Source: an uncultured Lentisphaeraceae bacterium (GTDB taxonomy: Bacteria > Verrucomicrobiota > Kiritimatiellia > RFP12 > DVOR01). Taken from it: a DNA stretch of 64,000 nt. The position numbers and the translations under genes were made by a program. How positions within the stretch are numbered: position 1 is the first letter of the stretch; each line of letters begins with the position of its first letter. The notes under the pieces are model-generated. The model was not told the origin of the DNA and made no database searches. It saw only the letters and a program-made list of their open reading frames with translations. Below are positions 17,757 through 26,411 of the stretch, one piece after another. The stretch is taken from contig CASEMS010000016.1 in the NCBI GenBank assembly GCA_949288955.1, positions 4,379 through 68,378 of the forward strand. The letters are read 5' to 3'.

Positions 17757-19397
17757 ATGAAAGGGTACGGCGCGTGGATGTGCGGGGCGGCGTTGGCCGC
17801 GTTGTGCGTGGGGGGCGTCTCGATGGCGGATAGGGCGGCGGCCCTCAAGCGGCTTGGCGTGTTGGTCACGGAGTGTTTGGCCGGAATCCAGGGGCGCGTG
17901 GCGCCGTGCGGCGGCACAATCCCGGCCTGCTCGGACGTGGATGAGATGGCCATGGAGGGCGGCTCACGCCTGAGAATCGATGGCGGCATGCCGATGCGCG
18001 TCTACGCGACGGTGGTCGGCGAGGCGTTGCCACGGGCCTTCGACGAGGAGGCACAGGCGTTGCGCCTCTTGAACGGCGACCTGGAATCCGCCCGCGGGCA
18101 CGATGCGGAGGTCGGGGAATGGGTCATGGTGAAGGGGAGCGTGCCGCTTGTCGGCCTCACGGAGGCGCAGGCCAGGGCCAAGGCGCAACTGGAGGCGCGC
18201 AAGGCTCTGGCGGCGTTCGTCTCCAATCAGCTCTCGGCCGAGGAGGTCTCCCAGTCCAAGGAGCGCACGGTGACGACTGGGGAGGGGACGCGTTACGAGG
18301 GTGTCTCTTTCTTGGCGCACTATTCCAAGAGCGAGATCGAGTCCCTGTTGCGGGGGGCGCGCATTGTGCTGACCAAGGAAAAGGCGGGGGCGTGCGTCGC
18401 CATCGCGTTGCTTTCCGAACGCGCCAAGGACGCGGCTGGCGCGTTGGGCGCGGCGAAGGCCGGCGAGGCGCCCGGCACGGTCCGGGCCGTCGGGGTCGGC
18501 CCGACGGAGGAGGCCGCCATCGCTGCGGCCTGCCGCAGCGCGGTGGCTCAGGTGAACGGCACGGCCATCACCGCGGCCGATGCCGCCACGGACGATGCCA
18601 TCCGCTCCAGAACGTATGCCACCACGCAGGGTCTGGTTTCGGAGTATCGCCTCTTGTCCAAGGAGGCGGAGGAGGGGCAGGTGCGCGTCGCCATCGCGGC
18701 CAAGGTCGTCTCCGGCGACCAATTGGTGGACGACTTGGGTGGGAAGCTGAAGGCGATGGGGGATCCCATCTTCTGGGTGGACTCCCAGGATCGGGACGCA
18801 CGTGCCCAGCTCTCCGATTTCCTCATCGGCAAATCGCTTCGGACCAGCCTCGACCGCGAGACCTCCGACTACCGGGTGGAGGTCGTCCCCGAGTATGAGG
18901 CCTTCACGCACTCCCGGACCGGGCGTGCGGGGACGCGCCTGCATCTGACGGTGGCGTGCTACGACCCTGCGGGCGTCCAGCTCTTCGTCTTGCAGAACGA
19001 TGCTGGGCGGGCGACGAGCACGGCGCGTTCGGAGGTCTATCGGCGGCGTGAGACCCTGCGGTTGGCGCTCAAGGAGATCGCCACCCCGCTCCACCAACGC
19101 TTGCAGCAGGCCGTCAGCGACATCGCCAACAATGGGCGCACCGTGCGTCTGGCGGTCACCAACGTGAAGACCCGCGAGCAGATGCGTCTGGTGGAGTCGC
19201 TCACGGATGTCATCAACGACCTGCCCGGCGCCTCTTCGGCCTCCTTCTCGTGGGGCACGGTGGCCGAGAGCACCGCCATCATCCGCCTGACGCTCCAAGG
19301 GAACCCCCAGGATTTCCTCTCGCTCCTGCGCAAGCAGGTTCCGGCCTGCCCAACGGCCGTCGAGGTCTCCCCCAACCTGATCATCCTTACCTTCTGA
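17757..19397 (+). CDS. hypothetical exported multidomain protein with LPP20/FlgT-like segments (gene C)
   Basis: Signal MKGYGAWMCGAALAALCVGGVSMA, with Shine-Dalgarno GAGGGAGGG upstream. The N-terminal domain APCGGTIPACSDVDEMAMEGGSRLRIDGGMPMRVYATVVGE is paralogous to the gene B C-terminus. Segments LTEAQARAKAQLEARKALAAFVSNQL and VGVGPTEEAAIAAACRSAVAQVNG resemble LPP20/FlgT-type folds. Confidence 0.7.
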   Translation: MKGYGAWMCGAALAALCVGGVSMADRAAALKRLGVLVTECLAGIQGRVAPCGGTIPACSDVDEMAMEGGSRLRIDGGMPMRVYATVVGEALPRAFDEEAQALRLLNGDLESARGHDAEVGEWVMVKGSVPLVGLTEAQARAKAQLEARKALAAFVSNQLSAEEVSQSKERTVTTGEGTRYEGVSFLAHYSKSEIESLLRGARIVLTKEKAGACVAIALLSERAKDAAGALGAAKAGEAPGTVRAVGVGPTEEAAIAAACRSAVAQVNGTAITAADAATDDAIRSRTYATTQGLVSEYRLLSKEAEEGQVRVAIAAKVVSGDQLVDDLGGKLKAMGDPIFWVDSQDRDARAQLSDFLIGKSLRTSLDRETSDYRVEVVPEYEAFTHSRTGRAGTRLHLTVACYDPAGVQLFVLQNDAGRATSTARSEVYRRRETLRLALKEIATPLHQRLQQAVSDIANNGRTVRLAVTNVKTREQMRLVESLTDVINDLPGASSASFSWGTVAESTAIIRLTLQGNPQDFLSLLRKQVPACPTAVEVSPNLIILTF

Positions 19398-19415
19398 ACG
19401 CAAAGGAGAAACACC

Positions 19416-20792
19416 ATGAAGCACACACTTCTCGCGGCCGCGATGGCCTTGTCCGCAGGCGCGCTGCTCGCCCAGGCCGAGCCGGGCGGGCAGGATTGGC
19501 CCCTCACGCCGATCACGGCCGCCGTCGCCGATTCGGAGACGGACGCGCAGACGGACATCGAGGCCTTCCTCAAGGACAAAGACAAGAATGGCTTTGGCGC
19601 CGCTATCAATGCCGGCGTGAACAAGAAAGACGACGGCTCGGTCTTTGTGGTCTCCACGGGCATCGGCATCGTGGCCGCGCCGATCACGCACCCCTCCTTC
19701 GGCGCCTCGCGCGCACGGGCCTTCGACCGCGCGATGCTTGACGCGAAGGCCGAAATGGCCCGCACGGTCGCGGTCGCGTTGGAGACTGGCGCACAGATCC
19801 GATCCCGGCAGTATGGGGAATCCGACCCGGCCGCGGATCCCAACGTCGCGTTGGCCGAGGCGATGGCCAAGATGCCGCCCGACACCTTGGGAGGCAAGAT
19901 GATGCTCTTGCTCAACAAGAAGTTGGACAACCTGCTCAAGGAGGAAGGGTACGACATCGACGCCGCCCGCGCGGAAGGCAATGCGGCGCAGGCCGCCGCG
20001 GCGGCGAAGAAGGTGATTGGCGAGGAAGAGTTCTCCGTCGCGCGTCGGGCCGCGGCCAATGCCATCATCGGCGGGCTTCAGGCCTATTACACCGTGGAGT
20101 GTGTCCTCCCGGAGCGCGTCGAAATCGGCGTCGTGGCCATCTGGAGCCCCAAAATGGCGGAATTGGCCGATGCGATGGTCTCCGGGCGGCAGATTGTTAC
20201 GGAGCCCGGCAAACCGCTCGCGGAGCGGATCCCTTCCGACAAGGCCAAACTCCTGAACACCTTCGGCACCCAAGTCGTGGTGGATGAGCACGGGGAGATG
20301 GTCCTGGTCTCCTATGGGCAGAGCGCGCCGCGCTCCTCCTCCGGCATGAGCATCCGCATGGCGCGGAACAACGCGCGGCTCATGGCGGAGACGCAAATCC
20401 GCGCATTCGCCGAGGAGGAGGTCGCCTTCAATGCCGCCACCGACGAGGCGGAGAAGACGATGGATCTGGAAGGGATGGGACAGGTCTACGTCGATGAGAG
20501 CACGGCGGAGGACTTCCGAAAGACCTACGCCAAGTCCATGACGCTCTCCGGGATCACCCAGTACACCACCTGGAACGCAAAACACCCGCAGAGCGGGAAG
20601 ACCATCTATGGTTCCGTCTGCGTGTGGAGCCCCTCCCAGGCCCTTGTCGGGAAAGCGCTCCGGGATGGTTGGAAAAGCAAGGAGGGCGCCGCCGCCCAAC
20701 CGGCCACCACAAACGCCCGCCCCAATCGAGGCACCGGGGTGAGCGCCCCCCAGTTCAACCGCGGCGCGCGTGGCGATGCGAACGCTATCTAA
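19416..20792 (+). CDS. hypothetical periplasmic protein (gene D)
   Basis: Signal MKHTLLAAAMALSAGALLAQA. The segment VFVVSTGIGIVAAPITHPSFGASRARAFDRAMLDAKAEMARTVAV is an LPP20-like pattern. 457 aa. Confidence 0.7.
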   Translation: MKHTLLAAAMALSAGALLAQAEPGGQDWPLTPITAAVADSETDAQTDIEAFLKDKDKNGFGAAINAGVNKKDDGSVFVVSTGIGIVAAPITHPSFGASRARAFDRAMLDAKAEMARTVAVALETGAQIRSRQYGESDPAADPNVALAEAMAKMPPDTLGGKMMLLLNKKLDNLLKEEGYDIDAARAEGNAAQAAAAAKKVIGEEEFSVARRAAANAIIGGLQAYYTVECVLPERVEIGVVAIWSPKMAELADAMVSGRQIVTEPGKPLAERIPSDKAKLLNTFGTQVVVDEHGEMVLVSYGQSAPRSSSGMSIRMARNNARLMAETQIRAFAEEEVAFNAATDEAEKTMDLEGMGQVYVDESTAEDFRKTYAKSMTLSGITQYTTWNAKHPQSGKTIYGSVCVWSPSQALVGKALRDGWKSKEGAAAQPATTNARPNRGTGVSAPQFNRGARGDANAI

Positions 20793-21705
20793 GCTCTTGC
20801 TCCTGACGTTACTGGCCCCCGGGTGCGCCATGGCGGCGACCCCGGGGGAGATTTTCGCGCAGGCCAAGCCTGAGATCCTCGCCACCGCCTACGTCAAGAA
20901 GGGCGGTTACCGCTTTGGCGTGGCGCGGGTCAGGCCGGCGACTTTCGCGGGGATCCGTGGCAGAAGGGCCCCAACGCAGGCGTGGCTCTACGCCTCCACC
21001 GATCTCATGGCCGCCATCGCCTGCGAGGCAATCGCTTGGCCCGACGCACTCCCACCGGAAACCTGCCGCGCATTGGAGCGCATCCTGTGCGGCAGGTTTG
21101 GCCTCTCTGCCACGGTCTCCGGCCTCACCACGGTGCACAGCGCACGCGAGGGGGATTGCTGGGTCTGCGTCGTCGCCTTGCCGGAGGGCGAGGCCGCCAA
21201 GGTGCCGCGGCTGACCTTCGAGGCGGCGCGGGCGCGTCTCCTGCGGGAGGAGGTGCTGCTGGCCGAGGGCGCGCCTGTCGAGGCGCTGATCGCCCTGCGG
21301 CGCACCGCGGGGCCGATGCCGGAGGCCATTGACCGCGCCCCGTGGGAGGGATTGCTGGCGGCGGCGACGTTCGCGACGCCGCGTCTCAAGGCCCTGCCGC
21401 GGCTGGCGGGGCGTTACCCTCTGGGCTCGGCGGAGCCGCCGACGGACGGGGATTTCGCCAAGGGCAACGAGGCCTTCGGGCGCGGCGATCTGCCGACGGC
21501 CTATGCGGCCTTCCTGGCGAGCGCGGAGCGGGCCTGGGCTTTCGACGCCTTGAACATGGCCGGCAACGTGGCGCGTCGCCTGCCGGGGCATGAGGCCGAG
21601 GCCGCCGCCCCCGGGGCCCCCGGCAGGGTGCAAGGCACCCTGCACCCCCGGGCGCGTCCTGCGGACGCGCCTGAAGGAACGCCACGGGGGCGGGAAAGAA
21701 CCTGA
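20776..21705 (+). CDS. hypothetical exported protein, possible lipoprotein, TPR-like C-terminal segment (gene E)
   Basis: MRTLSKLLLLTLLAPGCAMAATPGE. It overlaps the 3' end of gene D. The last ~12 codons are encoded by repeat locus R4, so the true C-terminus is uncertain. Confidence 0.6.
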   Translation: MRTLSKLLLLTLLAPGCAMAATPGEIFAQAKPEILATAYVKKGGYRFGVARVRPATFAGIRGRRAPTQAWLYASTDLMAAIACEAIAWPDALPPETCRALERILCGRFGLSATVSGLTTVHSAREGDCWVCVVALPEGEAAKVPRLTFEAARARLLREEVLLAEGAPVEALIALRRTAGPMPEAIDRAPWEGLLAAATFATPRLKALPRLAGRYPLGSAEPPTDGDFAKGNEAFGRGDLPTAYAAFLASAERAWAFDALNMAGNVARRLPGHEAEAAAPGAPGRVQGTLHPRARPADAPEGTPRGRERT

Positions 21706-21950
21706 ATGACCTGAAGGTCGGGAAGAACCTGAAGGACAGCCTCGCTGGCGTGGCCGCCACCCCAACGAGCCTCGGCCGCCAAGTCTCCCTGCCTCAGCCG
21801 CCGATCCACCGAGACTCAGCGGCTACCTCTCCGAGACTCAGCCGCCGATCCTCCGAGAGTCAGCCGCTAAGTCTCCTCGCGTCGGCGGCTGATGCTCCGA
21901 GCGTGTGCGACCAAGCCTCCAAGCATCCAAACCTCCAAACTTCCAATTGC
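21670..21950. repeat. composite intergenic repeat locus R4
   Basis: cctgaaggaa / cctgaatgac / ctgaaggtc / cctgaaggac units. The shared block gcctcgctggcgtggccgccacccca. 22-bp-phased units at about 21766..21898 (gagactcagcggctacctctcc, gagactcagccgccgatcctcc, gagagtcagccgctaagtctcc ...). Then ccaagcctccaagcatccaaacctccaaacttcc, the reverse complement of the microsatellite in R2. Confidence 0.85.
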
Positions 21951-22022
21951 GCGGTCAAAGTGTGGCTGTCGGTAGGCGGGGCGGCGGGGAGGGCGAAGTG
22001 TGCCTTGGCGGGGCGGCGGGTG

Positions 22023-22031
22023 TGGTATAAT
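22023..22031 (+). promoter_or_regulatory. predicted extended -10 promoter (TGGTATAAT), possibly leaderless
   Basis: TGgTATAAT with the -10 ending at 22031. In-frame ATGs at 22030 and 22039. The ATG at 22039 lies 7 nt after the -10. Confidence 0.4.
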
Positions 22032-22038
22032 GGGGATT

Positions 22039-22842
22039 ATGGAACAGAGCAAGGGCCGGGCGATTGCGATCTCGGTGGCGGCGAACGCCGTCATCTGCGT
22101 GGCGCTTGCCTTGGTCTCCCTGGGTGGGTGCGCGGGGGGGCCGAAGGAGGAGATCGTGCCGGTGGAGTTCCTGGTGGTGACGGAGGAGAACGCGGCGGAT
22201 GTGTTGGCGGAGGCGCCGAACGACGTGGCCGAGCCGGAGCCGGAACCTCCCAAGCCGGAGCCGAAGCCTGACCCGAAACCCGACCCGGCGCCCCTCCCGC
22301 CGCCCCCGCCGAAGGCCGAGCCGGAGCCCGCGCCGCCGAAGCCGGCGCCGAAGCCGAGGGCCGAGCCGCCGAAGCCGGCCGCGAAGCCGAAGCCGCGCTA
22401 CGTCCAGGCGAAGGACATCAAGATCGGCAAGCGCATCGGCCCCGTTACGACGGGGCGGAAGGATCGCACGAAGGCGGCGACGGCGAAGAAGCTCTCGGAG
22501 GCGGAGATCCGCCGTCTGCTGGCGGCGGGGGCGCGTCCGGGGAACGTGAACCAGACGCCGCCGAACGAGGCGTCGCGCTGCTACGGGGTGATCGCGCGGG
22601 CCTTCCGGGAGGCGTGCGCGAACACGTTGGAGGGCTCGCCCACGGGGCGGGCGCCGGTGCTGCGCGTAACCTTCGGCGCGGGGGGCGCGGTGGAGGGGAT
22701 CGCGGTGGCGCAGTCGAGCGGGGATGGGACGTTCGACAGACAGGTTTTGGCGGCGTGCCGGAAGGTGCGCCGGGTGAGCGGCCTCTCGGCCGCCTTCTTG
22801 AAGGATTACCGATCCGTGGATATCCGCGTGGATGTGGAGTGA
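22039..22842 (+). CDS. TonB-like protein (N-terminal anchor, Pro-rich spacer, C-terminal TonB_C-like domain)
   Basis: MEQSKGRAIAISVAANAVICVALALVSLGG is the anchor. EPEPEPPKPEPKPDPKPDPAPLPPPPPKAEPEPAPPKPAPKP is the spacer. The C-terminus reads RVTFGAGGAVEGIAVAQSSGDGTFDRQVLAACRKV. The exact start is uncertain (22000 GTG, 22030 or 22039). Confidence 0.65.
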   Translation: MEQSKGRAIAISVAANAVICVALALVSLGGCAGGPKEEIVPVEFLVVTEENAADVLAEAPNDVAEPEPEPPKPEPKPDPKPDPAPLPPPPPKAEPEPAPPKPAPKPRAEPPKPAAKPKPRYVQAKDIKIGKRIGPVTTGRKDRTKAATAKKLSEAEIRRLLAAGARPGNVNQTPPNEASRCYGVIARAFREACANTLEGSPTGRAPVLRVTFGAGGAVEGIAVAQSSGDGTFDRQVLAACRKVRRVSGLSAAFLKDYRSVDIRVDVE

Positions 22843-22846
22843 AACC

Positions 22847-25800
22847 ATGAAGAAGATCGCAGTGATGTCGGCCGCGTGGGCGGTGGCGGCGTGCGCCTGG
22901 GCGCAGACCGCAGCGCTCTATGTGGGGAGCGATTGGGACGAGGCGGGCGCGGCGTTGCGCGCGGCCTGGGCCGAGCCCGCGGTGGCGGCGCAGGCGGGCG
23001 GCGCGGCCTTGGCCGTGGTGGACGCGCCGGAGGTGGTGGACGACGCCGCCAAGGCGCAGTGGGAGCGGCAGAAGGCCATCCGCCTGGAGCCGCGCGCCTA
23101 CCCCGCGGTGGCCTACTTCGACAAGGCCGGCAACTGCGTGCTCCTGCGCGAGGCGGTGCGCGACCCGCGCGCCCTCCCGGGCCTCGTGGCCATCGGCCGC
23201 GCCCGCGCGGAGGCGGTGGCGGGGGCCATCCGCTCGGGCGACGCGGAGACGATCGGGCGGACGTTGCTGCCGATCGCGGAGGAGTTGGGCGCCAAGCAGT
23301 CGCAGAGCCGCTGCAAGGGGCTTTGGGACGCGCTCCGCAAGGCGGACCCGAAGGACGCGACGGGCTGGGCGTGGGCGCTGACCTTCGACCCGGCCTCCGA
23401 CGCGTGCTACAAGGTGCAGGACTTCGCCAAGCGCAAGGATTGGGCCGGCGGCGAGGCCTACATCAAGGCGTTGGAGGCCAAGCCGCAGGCGCACCTCTCG
23501 GCGAACCAGCGGCAGGGGCTGATGCTCCTGCGTTATGTGCTCTATCGGAACGATCCCGCGAAGGCGGGGGAGATGACCGCGCTCCTGCGGCAGGTGTTGG
23601 CCTTGGGCGCGGAGACCCACTTCGGCCTGGCGGCGCAGGGGTTGCTCTGCCTCCGCGGCGAGGGGCCCGTGGCCATCCCTTACGGGTGGTGGCCCAAGGA
23701 CGCCAAGCCCGGTCGGCAGACCTGGCCGGTAACGGTGGGCGTGGCCAAGGTGGTGCGCGCGCCGGGGCGTTACGTGCTGACCTTGCATCGTGAGAAGGGC
23801 GCGGGCGCGATGGACTTCGCCGGGCTGACGGTGGGCGGCCGGCGCTACGGGGAGCCCGCCGCGTTGGCGGTGGGCAAGAGCCTGACGGTGCCCTTCGACG
23901 TGCGGCCCGGGGACAAGCCGGAGCTGTCGCTGGAGGTGGCCTTCGACAAGCCCGGCGCGGAGGAGCGCGGCGCGCTGTGGCTCCGCCGCGTCCTGCCCGA
24001 ACGCGCCGCCGCGGAGGGCGACGCCGACTGGGCGCCCACGGGCCCCTCGGGGGATTTCCTGCGCGCCGCCGTGCCGCCCGCGACCATCGAGGCCATCGCC
24101 CGCCGCAAGGGCGGGGCGGACTTCCTCAAGGCCTTCGCCGCCGACGAGGCGTGGCGGGAGGACTTCTGCGGCAGCGGCGACCCGTTGGCGGGGTGGGGGG
24201 GCGCGCTGGAGGCGCTCGACGCCATCTGCCATCACTACCCGCGCGCGCTCGACAGCGCCGTAACACGCCGTTGGGCCGCCGCCGCCGCCCTCAACGCCGG
24301 CGAGGACCCCACCGACGCCGTGCTCCTCTTCGGGGCGTTGCTGGACATCCGCGCGGCGGGCGGTCTCGCGCGGGGCGCCGACGCGCTGCGTTGCGACCAG
24401 ATGCGCTTCACCCTCGTCCCCGCCCAGAGCGACGCCGCGAACGCCCGTTGGCTGGCGGCCCGCCACAACGTGCCCCCGCGGCAGTACAACGGCGTCTGCT
24501 GGGCCGCGCCTTACCGTCTGAACAACTTCTTTGGCGACTCCATCCACGGGCGCGACTACTACAAGCCCTGGGACCACGCCTACCTCCGCCACGAGGCCTC
24601 GCGCAAGGTCGGCGGCGTCTGCGGGGCGCTGAGCTACTACGGCAGCGCGGCGGCCAAGGCGCATGGCGTGCCCTCCACGCCCGGCGGCCAGCCGGGGCAC
24701 TGCGCCTACACCGTCTGGTCGCCCAGCCAGGGGCGTTGGACGCTGGCCTACAACATCGCCCCCTACACCGGGCCGCACTTCGCCCTCTGGGGCGGCCGCG
24801 GCCGTTACGCCTATCAGGAGCTCGCGGCCGCGGCCTTCGCCCACCCCGGGATGCGCGATTCCATGCGCCACCTCTGGCAGGCCGCCGCCCTCCGCGCCGC
24901 CGCCACGCCCGAGGTGCGCCGCACCCCGATGGTCTGCGACGCCTACGAGTGGGGCGGCAAGGCCCTCCCCGAGGATCCCGCCGCCCTCACGCGCATCGGC
25001 TCCTGGCACGGCCTCGCCAAGACCGACCCCAACCAGGCCGGGCGCAAGGACCGCGTCCTCCTCGTCTGGACGGGGTGGCTGGAGGCGGAGGCCGACACGG
25101 AGGCGGAGATCGTGGTGCGCAGCGACGACGGCGCGCGCCTTTGGGTCGACGGCAAGCCCGTCGCCGGGAAGGACGGGCTCCACGGCATGGGCGATGTCAG
25201 CGCCGCCCGCATCCGCCTCGCCAAGGGTCGCCATCCCTTCGAGCTGCGCTACTTCAACCACACCGGCGCCAACGGCATCGACCTAGCCGTCACCCCGATC
25301 GAGCGCTTCGACCCCGCCATCGACGCCGCCTACCGCGCCGCCGCCGAGGCCTGCCCCCTCAACTACGCCGCTTGGCGCGACTGGGGCGACTGGCTCCGCA
25401 AGGTCGGCGCCGACGCCGCCGCTTGGCGCGCCTTCGGCGACGCCTGCGCCAAGGGGCTCGGCGGCCACGTCGAGCCGGTCTGGGACGTGCTTCTGGGCTG
25501 GCCCGCGCCCGAGCTGCGCAAGGCCGGCGCCGCGCCGTTGCGCGAGGCCCTCGTGGCTTGGAGCGGCGTCGTCCGCCAGGGGGATTTCCCCACCGCCGAG
25601 TTCGGCGACTACGCGGGGCAGCTGAACCGTCTGGCCACCCTGCTCGGCGGCGACGAGGCGGGCATCTTCGCCTGCTACGCCGCCGCCCTCAAGGCGCAGT
25701 TCGGCACGTCCGACGCCTTCGGGCGGCTCATGCGTTGGGGCGGCGCGCGCTTCCTCCGCGAGCCGGACTACGCCAAGCGCTTCGTCGCCGCCGTCGAGGG

Positions 25801-26380
25801 GCTCCTCCAGACGGGCGACGGCGCCGGCGACGCGTTGGGCAAGTATGTGAAGGAGGCCGTGCGCGGCGCCTCCGAGGCCGGCAACGCCGAGGCCTTCCAC
25901 GCCCTCTGCGACCTGCAGGACGCCCTCGCCCCGCGCGACCGCCAGCCCCTCCCCGCCAAGCTCCCCGGCGAGCTTCTCTCCGAGCGCGGCCTCCTGCGCC
26001 TCTCCTCCACCTCCTCCTGGGACCATCCGGAGGCCTACCGCGCCGTTATCGACGGCAAGTCCCCGATCGGCAACTTCCACACCGGCAACGAGAAGGCCCC
26101 CTGGGCCGAGGTCGTCCTCCCCGGCATGGCCGAGGTCTCCGGCGTGTGGCTGATGAACCGCGGCGACCAGAACAACGGCCGCCTCCCGCCCTTCACCGTC
26201 GAGGTCAGCGAGGATGGCAAGGCCTGGCACGCGGTGGCCGGCAGCGAGAAGACCCAGGGCGAGTACACCTTCACCTTCGCCCCCGCCAAGGCCACGCGGG
26301 TGCGCGTCGTCTGCCACCCCAAGGACAAGACCTACCTGCACCTGCGCAAGTTCTGCGTCTTCGGCAAACCGCTTTACTGA
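22847..26380 (+). CDS. large secreted multidomain protein (transglutaminase-like Cys/His core, PA14-like, C-terminal discoidin/F5-8 type C-like)
   Basis: Signal MKKIAVMSAAWAVAACAWAQ. GGVCGALSYYGSAAAKAHGVPSTPGGQPGHCAY is a transglutaminase-like pattern. EIVVRSDDGARLWVDGKPVAGKDG...RHPFELRYFNHTG is PA14-like. The C-terminus APWAEVVLPGMAEVSGVWLMNRGDQNNGRLPPFTVEVSEDGKAWHAV...RVRVVC is discoidin-like. Confidence 0.7.
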   Translation: MKKIAVMSAAWAVAACAWAQTAALYVGSDWDEAGAALRAAWAEPAVAAQAGGAALAVVDAPEVVDDAAKAQWERQKAIRLEPRAYPAVAYFDKAGNCVLLREAVRDPRALPGLVAIGRARAEAVAGAIRSGDAETIGRTLLPIAEELGAKQSQSRCKGLWDALRKADPKDATGWAWALTFDPASDACYKVQDFAKRKDWAGGEAYIKALEAKPQAHLSANQRQGLMLLRYVLYRNDPAKAGEMTALLRQVLALGAETHFGLAAQGLLCLRGEGPVAIPYGWWPKDAKPGRQTWPVTVGVAKVVRAPGRYVLTLHREKGAGAMDFAGLTVGGRRYGEPAALAVGKSLTVPFDVRPGDKPELSLEVAFDKPGAEERGALWLRRVLPERAAAEGDADWAPTGPSGDFLRAAVPPATIEAIARRKGGADFLKAFAADEAWREDFCGSGDPLAGWGGALEALDAICHHYPRALDSAVTRRWAAAAALNAGEDPTDAVLLFGALLDIRAAGGLARGADALRCDQMRFTLVPAQSDAANARWLAARHNVPPRQYNGVCWAAPYRLNNFFGDSIHGRDYYKPWDHAYLRHEASRKVGGVCGALSYYGSAAAKAHGVPSTPGGQPGHCAYTVWSPSQGRWTLAYNIAPYTGPHFALWGGRGRYAYQELAAAAFAHPGMRDSMRHLWQAAALRAAATPEVRRTPMVCDAYEWGGKALPEDPAALTRIGSWHGLAKTDPNQAGRKDRVLLVWTGWLEAEADTEAEIVVRSDDGARLWVDGKPVAGKDGLHGMGDVSAARIRLAKGRHPFELRYFNHTGANGIDLAVTPIERFDPAIDAAYRAAAEACPLNYAAWRDWGDWLRKVGADAAAWRAFGDACAKGLGGHVEPVWDVLLGWPAPELRKAGAAPLREALVAWSGVVRQGDFPTAEFGDYAGQLNRLATLLGGDEAGIFACYAAALKAQFGTSDAFGRLMRWGGARFLREPDYAKRFVAAVEGLLQTGDGAGDALGKYVKEAVRGASEAGNAEAFHALCDLQDALAPRDRQPLPAKLPGELLSERGLLRLSSTSSWDHPEAYRAVIDGKSPIGNFHTGNEKAPWAEVVLPGMAEVSGVWLMNRGDQNNGRLPPFTVEVSEDGKAWHAVAGSEKTQGEYTFTFAPAKATRVRVVCHPKDKTYLHLRKFCVFGKPLY

Positions 26381-26411
26381 GAGCCCCCCTTACCGAGAGA
26401 AAGGACCCGAG

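Noticed and set aside
17964-20885. 973-aa minus-strand ORF across lipoprotein operon genes C and D
   Set aside because: It is Arg/Gly/Pro-rich with no motifs. The + strand ORFs have signal peptides, Shine-Dalgarno sequences and tight operon spacing, so the + strand is taken as coding.
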